64,000 bases of DNA from Candidatus Moraniibacteriota bacterium (GTDB taxonomy: Bacteria; Patescibacteriota; Minisyncoccia; Moranbacterales; GCA-2747515). How positions within the stretch are numbered: position 1 is the first letter of the stretch; each line of letters starts with the position of its first letter. The DNA is taken from the NCBI GenBank assembly GCA_027031495.1, contig JALVQA010000004.1:56070-120069 (forward strand), in the 5' to 3' direction. Both the position numbers and the translations under genes were made by a program. Under the pieces are notes generated by a model. The model was not told where the DNA came from, did no database searches, and saw only the letters and a list, made by a program, of their open reading frames with translations. This document shows, piece by piece, positions 10,220 to 20,543 of this stretch.

Positions 10220-10645
10220 TTAATTTTCTTCCTCTTGATCCCCTGGCACATGCCAGTAGATCTCAAGTCTGTCTTCCTCCTCCCCAAGACCACCTTCGCA
10301 GAGTCCTTCTACCCTTTTTGTCCTTAAGTAGATTTTACGACCTGTATTTTTCACCACAAAAACTCCTTCTTTGCAGTCATTTTGACTATAAGCTCTTGGT
10401 GGATATGTATCCACCTGCGCTCCATCTTCTTCTCTTATTATTACAATTGACGGATCCAGCCTATGATACCAGAAGTAATCTCCTGGCTCCAAAAAAAAGC
10501 TTCGGAGAGCATCTTTTTTTTCGTTTAGCCTCTTCCTGAGGCCTCTTTCGTATTCATGCTTCCATGCTATTATATTGTTTAACTCTCTGTTTCTAACAGA
10601 GAGTACAACAATAATAACAACAACAAGAAGAAGAATAATGCTCAT
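10220..10645 (-). CDS. Hypothetical protein with an N-terminal membrane anchor
   Basis: 141-aa ORF with strong RBS (AAGGAGGG), hydrophobic N-terminus and its own terminator. Confidence 0.7.
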   Translation of the reverse strand: MSIILLLVVVIIVVLSVRNRELNNIIAWKHEYERGLRKRLNEKKDALRSFFLEPGDYFWYHRLDPSIVIIREEDGAQVDTYPPRAYSQNDCKEGVFVVKNTGRKIYLRTKRVEGLCEGGLGEEEDRLEIYWHVPGDQEEEN

Positions 10646-10690
10646 TGTTTTCCCTCCTTAAGGGACTTGGCCACCAGATCGGTGGCGTTG

Positions 10691-11342
10691 AAAAAAAATG
10701 TCACTCGCTGTTACGAGCGACGCCATTACAAGAATTTACACACCATTCTTACAACAGCGTCGCTCACAAAAAAGTGCTGCATCTATATTGTACAGCGCCC
10801 TTTGTATAATTACCTACCTGCAGAAAGCATTTCTACAGGCCATGGGTGGTTAGACCATCACCTGCAGCAGAAACTTTCTGCAAGAAAGTTCTGGGCGTCG
10901 TCATGCCGTTCGTGCGGGTATCACGTTGGACCCACTCACACTACTAGGGCGCAGTGCGTGATATCACATTAGATATCATCTCTTTCACTCTTCGTTGAGA
11001 GACACCGCTCATGCGACTTTTTACATGTTCATAAAATGAATATTTTCCCGTGCGTTTCTCCTCTCTCTCCTCATTGTCTCTGCCTAAGAGACTGTGAGAA
11101 AGGCATAGAACGCACACATCTTATGACCATTGCTTCAACTAAGGTACTGCTCATGTAAAGAACATTCTGACTGTATTTGCAGTCAGTACGCTGCGCATAC
11201 TCTTGCGCAAATACTGACAACAAAAAGCAGTACATCTCTTGAGAGTATGTACTGCTGCATTCGTCAGTTGGCGGTAGTATATACTCTCTCCTCTGTCCGT
11301 AAGCATCGATTGCCTAAAATCGTTTGCGCTACGTCCGTGATG
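10691..11342 (-). ncRNA. Candidate large structured ncRNA or leader (RNA-L, ~570-650 nt)
   Basis: Promoter TTGACA-17-TATAGT at ~11376-11348. No credible ORF. Many hairpins; the 5' ACCATCAC pairs with GTGATGGT (10854-10861). Terminator-like hairpins at ~10768-10798 and 10691-10721. Confidence 0.55.
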
Positions 11343-11390
11343 GTGCAACTATAGCATATATAAAAAATATTGTCAAGTACTTACTCCTAC

Positions 11391-12470
11391 ATTCTCATCC
11401 CAATCTTAATTCCTCCACAAAAAAGACATCCCTTGATATAATTGCAGATCTCTATACCTAACAGTTAACCATGGACAGGGATATCTCACACACATATTAC
11501 ACCATCTCATCGTACAGTGATAGTAGCACTGTTGCGTGCCGGTGTTTCCCAAAAGGATATTGCCGCACAACTCGGCAAAACGCCGAGTGCCATCTCTCAA
11601 AAAAAGATTAAGCGCAACAATGATGCTGACGGTGTCTACAGAAAGCGTACCGCTCAGGAAAGAACGACACGTCGCAGAGTTACTGTCAATCAGCGCTTTC
11701 GTGAACTAGCTCATGATCCGTGGCTCCGTGCATATATGGAACGAAAGCTCAAGATGCGCTGGTCACCGGAGCAGATAAGTGGACGATTGCGACTGCAGTA
11801 TGGCAGTACTCTGGGAAAAGATAGTATATATGCTACGTCTACACTCACCACACGGACTTGGTACAATATCTGCGGTGCAAGAAAGGATCTTTTCGCAGGC
11901 GTTGCGGTACGCGCATCCGTGAAAAAGTGCGTGAACAAGCCAAAATCAGGCGCATTGACACGCAACCAACCATTGTTGAGGCCCGAGAGAGAATCGGTGG
12001 CTGTGAGGGTGATACAATCATTGGAAAATATATGACAAAGCGACTCGTCACAAATGTTGATCGCAAGAGCGGCTACGGCATGATTGATAAGTTGTCAGTT
12101 ATCACGAGAGAAACGATGTTTGCTACGCTGGAGAAGCGCTTTGGTACGGATTGCTAGAAAGAGAAAGTATACGTATACGTACAAAAACGGTGCGGAATTG
12201 GGCAAGGAAGATGCGTGGCTGGAAGAAAAAATCAAGATGGATATCTACAGAGCGTACCCCTACCACTCCTAGGAGCGTGTGTGTAACGAGCTTAGTACGG
12301 GAGTTCTTTCCAAAAGGTACAGACTTTGCTGGAATGTCGGAGAACGAGGTGCGGCGAATAGAGTGCCTGCTCAACAACCGACCTCGCAAGAGACTTGGTT
12401 ACAGAACACCACGGGAAGTCTTTTTTGAGAAAAAAATGTGCATTTTTTTGATTAAGATTTGGGAGAGAAT
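11391..12470 (+). mobile_element. Degraded IS30-family insertion sequence
   Basis: Frameshifted fragments with an HTH (SQKDIAAQLGKTPSAIS), WSPEQISGRL, EGDTIIG, AYPYHS and LNNRPRKRLGYRTP. Imperfect IRs attctcatcccaatcttaat (11391-11410) and attaagatttgggagagaat (12451-12470). Confidence 0.85.
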
Positions 12471-12716
12471 TTAAGAGTTTTGACAATCTCTCACAGTACA
12501 TGGATACTTATGTCAACTCCCAATTTGCCAGTGACACATGGGGCGAGGTTAACTATGTTGGCCAACACTTAAAGGAAAAGGCCTATATCCGGGAGTCCAT
12601 CAATGACTAGATCAAAGCACACGGCGGCAAGCACTATCTTCTCAAGGAATAGCACCATCAAAAAACATCGACATATAGGTGTTTTTTTGATGATGTAGCC
12701 TCCCGGAGGAAATGCC

Positions 12717-13209
12717 TTATTCTTTTGAACTATTCCCCATGCGCATGAGAAAGCATGTCAGCAAGCGCACAGGCACGCCTGCCACACCCAGTGCAAGCGC
12801 CTCTTCTTTGATTGCAGTCATGCGCGGTGCCATGTCAATGTGCACCCATGGCACATTCTCGTGCACAAATTGTTTGAGAAACGCCGCAGTTGTAATCGTT
12901 CCAGCATAGCGGTCCTGTCCCGGCGTAGTGGTATTGGCAATATCCGCCACATCGCTCCTGAATTGCATCGTATTCTCCACCACCGGCACGAGTGTGACGA
13001 TACTCTTCTTGAGTTTGAGTTTTGCTGCTGCAAACAGTGTGTTCACAACCGCAACGCCACAACGCATCGCGAACATTGCGCGCAAGAAGCATGCCATAGG
13101 GACCGTAGTCATACACCGCCGCAAAGCCGCCGTAGATTTCGCTGTATGGAAAAACAAAACCCCGTCGCTTGGCAAACGCCGTGAGCGCATCCATTTTCTG
13201 TTCATCCAT
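12717..13209 (-). pseudogene. Chimeric remnant: glycyl-tRNA synthetase N-terminus joined to leucyl aminopeptidase (M17) fragments
   Basis: AKRRGFVFPYSEIYGG...YDYGPYG (GlyRS), then in another frame VPVVEN and SDVADIAN...AGTITTAAFLKQFV...WVHIDMA (PepA). Confidence 0.75.
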
Positions 13210-13224
13210 AAGATGCGCCAAAGG

Positions 13225-16071
13225 TTAGTAGACTATGAGATGTACATCTCTTTGCATCTTATTGCCAGCACGATCATGTGCCCAAACTCGCAAGATATGT
13301 TTTCCACGATTTATGCCTAAAGGAATAGTAAAAAACTTCTTCTTTGTCTTAACCTTTCTCCCGTTATCAATCTGATAACGATAATGCTTTATTCTAATAT
13401 CATCTTTTGCGTCCCACCAGATTTTATCACCAGGCTTTTTATGTAAGCGCCTTGGCAAATCAATAAAAACTGGGTCCTCTGTATCTACAATGACAGTATA
13501 CCTTTTTTTCTTAATACGATTGCCCTGAACATCATAAAAGCGTACTTCATATCTAAATTTTCCATCTTTCTTTACTTTAGCATTGAGCCTCCATTTGCCA
13601 TTTTTTCTAATTTCAGCTTTATCAACTGTTCGATTCTTATAACGAAGTTTGACCATTCCATTATATAGATTTTTTGTTGATCCTCTCAGTGAGAATGAGT
13701 GTCTATCAACATAAATCTTTTTACTGTTGATGTCTGTCCAGGGATCACTTTTTGAATCTCTTACTTTATCAACATCTGCATCAATCAAATTTAAAACGTA
13801 CTTATTTACGGCACTACACTGACTGTCTGAAAAAGGCACTTTTGATAAACCATTGTATCTTCGCATCATGACAGAATAAAGCACATTTGCAACTTCTCCG
13901 CGTGTCATTGATTTATTAGGGCAAAACTTTCCATCAGAACAAGGTTTCATCCACCCATTATTCACCATATAATATATATATGCGTGAGCCCAATGATCAT
14001 TAGGGACATCAGAAAAGGTATTGGTGGGGCCGCTGTTGGTTGGTGTGCATTTAGCATATCCGTATGCAAATGCACGCCCAATCAATGTTGCTAGTTGAGC
14101 TCGTGATATTAGAGCTTCAGGACAATACTTCTTTGGCCTCACAGAGCACCCTACCGTAATTTTTCTTGAGGCCAAGGCCTCAACAGCACCAAAGTAGGGC
14201 TGGCCAAAATGCACATCACTAAATGTGCCTACACCATTATAGTTTGTGTCGAAACCAAGGCTACGCGCAATTAACACAGCTGCCTGTCCCCTTGAAATTT
14301 TTTTATCGATACCAAATATAGCATCCCAGACGTTGCCAGTACCGTGTTGCACACCATTTGAAATATGGTGTGCCGATAAGAGCTGGGTAGCTTTCCAGTA
14401 TAAATTATTACGAGGAGTATCATCATAAATGAAAGAAGAGATAGGGATGCTCATATTGAGAAGCTGTTGTTGGACATGTAGAACTTCTACATCTCGTGGA
14501 TTCACACCCTGATGAATTGACAATGACGCTACAATACCAGCTACTTGTCCAATCATCATTACAATAGGCTGCAATCGCGTCGCTCCGTTTGCCAATCGTG
14601 TTACCCCGATATTCTTTTCTGCCGCAATCAGACCATTTATAGATTTTGGGATAAGTGCGCCTAGAGGCACCTGAAATGGACCTACAGCATCAGAAATATC
14701 ATCAGTAGTTTCGCCCAAATACGTTTCAAGATCACTATTTGCTCCACAGTTATGAAGATCTGTTACATAATCACCTACTGCAATCGAATTTACAGAGTTT
14801 CTCACAATACCGGCAGTTCCTGTGCGTTTGATATCTTTCGCTTTTAATGTTTCAATAGGAATTATGCGTGCACTCTCGCGGACATATGCCATAGGTGGCA
14901 TATGTTTTTCTAACCGATCTGGTATATCATTGCAGTTATTTTCCTCAATATTATAGGCAGTATCAAAACCTTCTTCTTTAGCCAAAGACCAATCAAGACC
15001 AAGTGTGTTCTGCCAATAGTAAAGTTGTTGTAATGTTTTCTTTTTTGCTTTACATAACGTATTAAAACGTTTCACTCTGTCATTTAAGAAGCTAGCATCT
15101 GCAGGATAGTCATTTTTTAGGTTGATAATCGTTTTTGTAATATTCGTACCATCTGACGCATGATAATCACCTGAACCAAGAGAGTCGGGCACTCCACGAT
15201 ACGCAAAAAATGGCTTTGGCCCATCAAGTCGCCAACTATACGCGCAGCCCGCTGCACTAGAACCTTCTTGACCAAAGAAACAGTTGTAGTAGTTTGTCCA
15301 TGTTGTTAAAGCAGCATCTGCTCCCGCAGAGTCATCACCAAAAAGCCATACCTTATCATTTTCATCTAAAATTAGGTCGGCAGGAACACCACCACTATAT
15401 TTTCGAACAACGGCTGTATAGGTAATATCCTGAATACATGCGTTTTCTTCTACATTAGAACTAAGGTTATTGGCAATTCTATAAGGTGATCCTGATAACA
15501 TTATGACATCCCCGTATTCTGTCGCATCAATTGTTACCGGCGCCTTCACAGTTTTTTTAACACCATCCTTGTTCTCAATAATTATCCCTGTTACTGTGTT
15601 ATTAGAAACTATTACAGATTTAACAGAATGTCGTTCGATAAGAGTGATGCGTGATTCCCGCTCAATCATGCTACGTAAAATCTTTTGTCCCACAAATGGC
15701 TCAAAGCAATACGTGGAGTCATTCCAATAGCATGTGCCAACAGACTTCCCTAGTCTTGCATAATAGTTTATAACTTGGTCAATAAATTCTTTATAAATAC
15801 CAGCATGTCGATCACGTGGACGAGAGTAGGCAGTATCATCCATGTTAGGTACTCCTGCACATGTCATCTGACCACCAATACAATCCGTTTCTTCAATCAA
15901 AACAACATTCTGCCCCATGCGTGCAGCTTGAATTGCTGCCGATATACCACCTGCACCCGCACCAACAACAATAACATCTGTCTCTATTGCAGCGAGCGCT
16001 TCTGATGTCATCACTAAAAAAAACAATATTACAAAAAAAAGTTTTGACATATTTTGTTTCAAATTTATCAA
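13225..16071 (-). CDS. Secreted FAD-dependent oxidoreductase with S-layer homology (SLH) repeats and a C-terminal Ig-like region
   Basis: Signal peptide (likely start ~16050), VIVVGAGAGG, IDATEYGD, TRLQPIVM; SLH-like FSDV...YCPEALISRAQLA and FSDVPNDHWA...FCPNKSMTRGE. Confidence 0.85.
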   Translation of the reverse strand: MINLKQNMSKLFFVILFFLVMTSEALAAIETDVIVVGAGAGGISAAIQAARMGQNVVLIEETDCIGGQMTCAGVPNMDDTAYSRPRDRHAGIYKEFIDQVINYYARLGKSVGTCYWNDSTYCFEPFVGQKILRSMIERESRITLIERHSVKSVIVSNNTVTGIIIENKDGVKKTVKAPVTIDATEYGDVIMLSGSPYRIANNLSSNVEENACIQDITYTAVVRKYSGGVPADLILDENDKVWLFGDDSAGADAALTTWTNYYNCFFGQEGSSAAGCAYSWRLDGPKPFFAYRGVPDSLGSGDYHASDGTNITKTIINLKNDYPADASFLNDRVKRFNTLCKAKKKTLQQLYYWQNTLGLDWSLAKEEGFDTAYNIEENNCNDIPDRLEKHMPPMAYVRESARIIPIETLKAKDIKRTGTAGIVRNSVNSIAVGDYVTDLHNCGANSDLETYLGETTDDISDAVGPFQVPLGALIPKSINGLIAAEKNIGVTRLANGATRLQPIVMMIGQVAGIVASLSIHQGVNPRDVEVLHVQQQLLNMSIPISSFIYDDTPRNNLYWKATQLLSAHHISNGVQHGTGNVWDAIFGIDKKISRGQAAVLIARSLGFDTNYNGVGTFSDVHFGQPYFGAVEALASRKITVGCSVRPKKYCPEALISRAQLATLIGRAFAYGYAKCTPTNSGPTNTFSDVPNDHWAHAYIYYMVNNGWMKPCSDGKFCPNKSMTRGEVANVLYSVMMRRYNGLSKVPFSDSQCSAVNKYVLNLIDADVDKVRDSKSDPWTDINSKKIYVDRHSFSLRGSTKNLYNGMVKLRYKNRTVDKAEIRKNGKWRLNAKVKKDGKFRYEVRFYDVQGNRIKKKRYTVIVDTEDPVFIDLPRRLHKKPGDKIWWDAKDDIRIKHYRYQIDNGRKVKTKKKFFTIPLGINRGKHILRVWAHDRAGNKMQRDVHLIVY

Positions 16072-16139
16072 CTATGAATCTAGATAGATTTAACAATCCT
16101 CTCTCTTTGTCGGTGTCTTCTTTTGGGGCTCTCTTAGTA

Positions 16140-16927
16140 GTATACCACGCATTGTTACCCTGAAGACTGAAGATTATCCTTCTGTGAAAGCAAACATTGT
16201 AGAGAAACTGAAAATAGGATTGAATCCTGATGAAATCAGTGGAATGATGAATAGAGAACGGCACGACATTATTGCATCAAAAACAACCATCTATCGATGG
16301 TTGTACAGTGCACGTAGACAGCAATATTGTTGGTATCTGTATACACAAGCGGTATGAGAAGAAGAAACGAAGAAAGAAGACCAAGAATGTCATGATTCTC
16401 AATCGGACAAGCATCTAGAAGCGACACCGTGGCGCAATGCGTCGGACACGCTATGAACACTGAGAGGTGGATGCCATTGTATCACTACAAGGAAATCGAG
16501 GGTCACTGTACGCTGCATAGGAACGCATAACACGGTTTGTGCGGATTTTCAAGTGTACTTCTCTGCGTGCACGCGAATATATCCAAAAACACCGTGCCGC
16601 CACAACACAGTGCAACGTTTTGTTCATGACATTCGATAACGGGATTGAAAACAAACAGCATCAGGAGCGCGATGTTCCAACTTTCTTCTGTGACCCCTAT
16701 GCTTCGTGGCAGAAAGGAAGTGTAGAGAATGTGAACAAATTAATCAGACAATATACTCCCAAGTGAATAGAAATTGCCAGAGTGCCGGTAGCATATATTC
16801 AGTTGGTGAGAGAGCATATTAACAGCAAGTCACGGAAAATTCTGAATTACAAAACCGCCTATGAGGCGGCGGTGGAGCATGGTGTATTGAAAAGTGAGAA
16901 GTGCTCTAATTGAGGGTGAAATTTAGG
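16140..16927 (+). mobile_element. Degraded IS30-family transposase
   Basis: Fragments IVEKLKIGLNPDEISG, SKTTIYRWLY, TFDNGIEN and FFCDPYASWQKGSVENVNKLIRQY, with stops and frameshifts. Confidence 0.8.
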
Positions 16928-17018
16928 TTAGTATACGGCGACGCATTATATAATTATAATGCATTTTTGTCAATTGATTTGATTTTTTCTTTTTGCCATC
17001 TTTTTTTATGATTAAACA

Positions 17019-19678
17019 TCATCTGCGTTGCATTTTTAGCGCGTCTTTCACAGACTGCTCATTTAAACCTGTAAGAGAAAGCGCAATGACAGCCGGATGA
17101 ATAGAAACGTCTGCTAAGTGTGTACGATCAATGACATACATTTCATCATACGTATTCACTTTTTCACTTCGCATATACACCGCAATCATTTGCACCGTAT
17201 GCGCAAAAAGTGCATTAAACCACGCCATGGCACGTCTATACCATGTATCGTGCACAGATGTTGCGCGTGGCGCTGGCGCATCTTTGCTGTACATATTGCT
17301 TTGTTTGGTATGTGTGCCAAATTCATTTTCCCACGCGCGCGCACTGATAGCACGCGCACGTTCATCACCACTACCGCCGCTATCTACCTGCGTTTGTTTT
17401 ACTTCTTTTTCTGCAACATGCGGCACATCCCAGACCCATCCACCACCGTCAGCATGCGCGCGTTTGCGATATACCGCATCATCTGGAACTGTTTTATATC
17501 CACTCGGCGGCGTGTATTTTTTACTGTATGCAATTGTTCCATCTGGCCTACGCACCGCGACATAGCCACCTCTATTCGGTAGCGTGATCGCACTGTATTT
17601 TGTATAAATCTTTTTCTCTTTACCTGGTGCAAGAACAATTTTTTTGTGCAACGGATGATTAACACTTTTATTTTTTGTGCTTCCCGTTACAATGCTCCAT
17701 CCACGCAAATTAACACTCTTTTTACTTTTATTTTTAATAACGACGTACTCCGTGCCAGTATCTTTGCCACGTGGATTTGGTGCGATGGCGACAATTTTGA
17801 TTTTTCTGTGTGGATATCGGTGCACATCTACAGAGAATTGCCGCATCACCTCTTCGCTTGCATCTTTGACGCGTACTTGTACCGTATAGTGTCCTTGTGC
17901 ATCATATGTGTGCGTTGTACTAGCTTTATAACTTCTGTGTCCATCACCAAAATCCCATCTGTACGAAAGTGCTTCCCCATCGAGATCATGTGCACGTACT
18001 GCAAAGTGTGCTGTGACATCTTTATAGATCTCGTCATCATACTCCAGTACATCAATAATCGGCAACATATTAAAGATATTGCGTGCACCGGGCGTGAGCG
18101 TTTTACTCCATCTGTAGACACCGCTTCTTTCATAATTCAGTGATACGTCCTCAGGTGCACTGCGTGTGTAGTGCAGGTGATCAACAACAACATACTCATC
18201 ACCGCGTGACGCCCACAGCGTAACACTATCACCATTGTTATTAAGCGCAAAACCAAAAGTCGGACGTCGTAACAGCAAAAATCCCTGCGGTGGCACTGCT
18301 ACGGAAGCAGGAAACGTATATCGTCCCGTTATGCTTTTATCACCAAGCACCCACCCGTGAAGATTTACACTTTTTGTATTCGGATTGTACAGTTCAATAT
18401 ATTCATTTATACTTTCGTCACCAGACGGGTTTGGTAAAATCTCATTGATGCGAATCTTCTCGCCCGCATAAGGCACTACGCACGGTTCTGTGCGAAAAAG
18501 TTGATGCGTACACTTCTTTGCTAGAGATGTATCACTGCGCGTGTGTGCAACATATGTATCGTTAGAAGGATTTTGACGATTTTTCCGTAAAAGGCAGCAT
18601 CCTTGTGGCCATGACCCCACGCTACAATATCACGCAGAACACGTTGATTATCAAGGAGAATAATTGCATTATTATCAGCAAATGACTTTTTGCGCACAAA
18701 ATCTGCCTTCCCTCTGTATGCACCATCCGCACGCGCAATTACAATCATGCCATGTGCCGGCAGGCGCACAGGTCCATCACCACACTCTTTTGTACCAAAC
18801 GTGCATATATTCTCACTTGTGCCGAATAGTGTGTCATCACATGTTTTAATTATCTTTGTCGCCGTTCGTCGTCGCACGTGCCATCCGGTAATGTCAACAG
18901 TGTGATCTGTCGTATTTTTAATGATAAGCGCATCATCTTTGTCGTGTATGGCAACAGCTGCAATAATGATATCGGACGATGATTTTTTGTAAAGACGCTT
19001 TTTGTAAGCATTGAGATCACATGTCTCTTTATTACTATCTTTGCCGTCATCATCACGCTTGTGCACCTCTTTTTCCGCTGCATCTGCACTTTCGTTTTTA
19101 TCACCTTTAAGCACACTTTGTGTGCTTGCAAAGTTATTTTCTTTCCCACTTTCTGACGAATCCTGACTGTATTTATTATTCTCCTTTGTGTTATTTTTTA
19201 TGTCGCCACCCTCTTGCCGCTTGTCATCTTCCTCCGCAGGTGTGTTATTGTTATCGCGTACAGTGTGTCCTTGCGTAGTATTATCATCAGAAGCATCACT
19301 CTCCCCATTTTCTTGCGTATGCTGTACGTTACCGCCCTCACTATTCCCGTCTGCTGTATCTACACTTTTTTCTCGCTGTACCTCTTCTTCTCTATTTACA
19401 TTATTGTCATCACCTTCATCTGCACTAGCGTCTATGTTGTCGCTTTCACTGTTATTTTCTGTAGCACTCCTCCTGCTGTATGCATTATCCCCTTCACTTT
19501 CGCTACTCACATTCTCCATAACGACACTTTCATATCCTTGATGTGTATCTATGTCTTCTTCTGCGTAAATTATACCGCCACTGTAAAATATCGCCCATGA
19601 AAAAATACTCACGCCCCATGCCGTGAGTATTCTAAAAAGAAAAAACATACGTCTCTCAACGCGCTCACGCCACCCCAT
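17019..19678 (-). CDS. Surface protein with lamin-tail domains and a PKD domain, split by a frameshift near 18570
   Basis: ORF 18521-19678 has a TM, an acidic linker and a lamin-tail domain. ORF 17019-18620 has INEILPNPSG..EYIELYN and YRWDFGDG..THTY. The two overlap in different frames. Confidence 0.7.
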
Positions 19679-20288
19679 CTTCTTTACCCTCATTTCTATC
19701 ATTACGGTTATCATCAGGAAGATTTTCCTCCGATTCATTATATGTCTTCCTCTGCATTTCCACAAGCATTGCTTTTACTGCATAAGGATCCGGTACGCTA
19801 CGAAAGAGGAAGCGTGTATGCTCTGCAGCGGTCTGCACTTCAACATCACCATAATTTAAAAGTGTCGGAATAATGCCACGTACATTACTTGTAATATCTT
19901 GAATTGTGTGAAAATACAATTCGCTTACCTGACGCGAAAAGAGACCTTTTTGTTCAATATTAACAACACGACGATTTGTTACAATCCATACATCAAGCCA
20001 ATAATCAATCCATGTTATAAAACCATAAAACCACAAGAAAACCACAAGAAAACTATCAACAAGGAGAATGAGTGGCATAATATGCTCAACACCAAGCGAT
20101 GATTCAAATAACCCAACAAAAAGTGTTCCCGCAAGCATTGTAAGAGCAACAAACGTTATAAGCACGTAATGCATCACAATATCAAACCAGTGTCGATGAA
20201 TTACTGAAAGAATAATCTCATCGTCGCGTTGCCCACGAAAGTGATAATGTGAAAAATCTTCTATACTATGTCCTACTTTCTTCGTCAT
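19665..20288 (-). CDS. Membrane protein with a bacterial PH domain
   Basis: Two TMs followed by WIVTNRRVVNIEQKGLF...NYGDVEVQTA. Confidence 0.8.
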   Translation of the reverse strand: MTKKVGHSIEDFSHYHFRGQRDDEIILSVIHRHWFDIVMHYVLITFVALTMLAGTLFVGLFESSLGVEHIMPLILLVDSFLVVFLWFYGFITWIDYWLDVWIVTNRRVVNIEQKGLFSRQVSELYFHTIQDITSNVRGIIPTLLNYGDVEVQTAAEHTRFLFRSVPDPYAVKAMLVEMQRKTYNESEENLPDDNRNDRNEGKEDGVA

Positions 20289-20290
20289 AA

Positions 20291-20533
20291 TTAGAATGTT
20301 TTAAATGTTTCCGTACGTTCACGACCAATATTAAACATGGCGTATATATTGTCGCGTACTACAATGAAAAGTATAAATTGTGCAAGAACAAGGATTATTG
20401 TTGTAAAAACAAAAACTATTATTGCATGGTGAGCAAGTTTTTTATTGATTGTATACGTATGCAAATGATAAACAATCACCCATGTGAGGATGCCATACAC
20501 AACAAGACTTATAAGAAAAATAATATCAACCAT
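20291..20533 (-). CDS. Small hypothetical membrane protein
   Basis: 80-aa two-TM ORF tightly packed in the ruvB operon. Confidence 0.65.
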   Translation of the reverse strand: MVDIIFLISLVVYGILTWVIVYHLHTYTINKKLAHHAIIVFVFTTIILVLAQFILFIVVRDNIYAMFNIGRERTETFKTF

Positions 20534-20543
20534 AAAAAATAAG

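Noticed and set aside
9703-11342. RNase P RNA, tmRNA, SRP RNA or a group I/II intron as the identity of the structured regions
   Set aside because: I found no GAGGAAAGUCC, no tRNA-like ends with a T-loop, no SRP helix-8 motif and no intron domain V or P7 signatures.
12694-12712. gtagcctcccggagga as a tRNA-Glu-like 3'-end att remnant
   Set aside because: Too short, and there is no matching tRNA in the window to confirm it.
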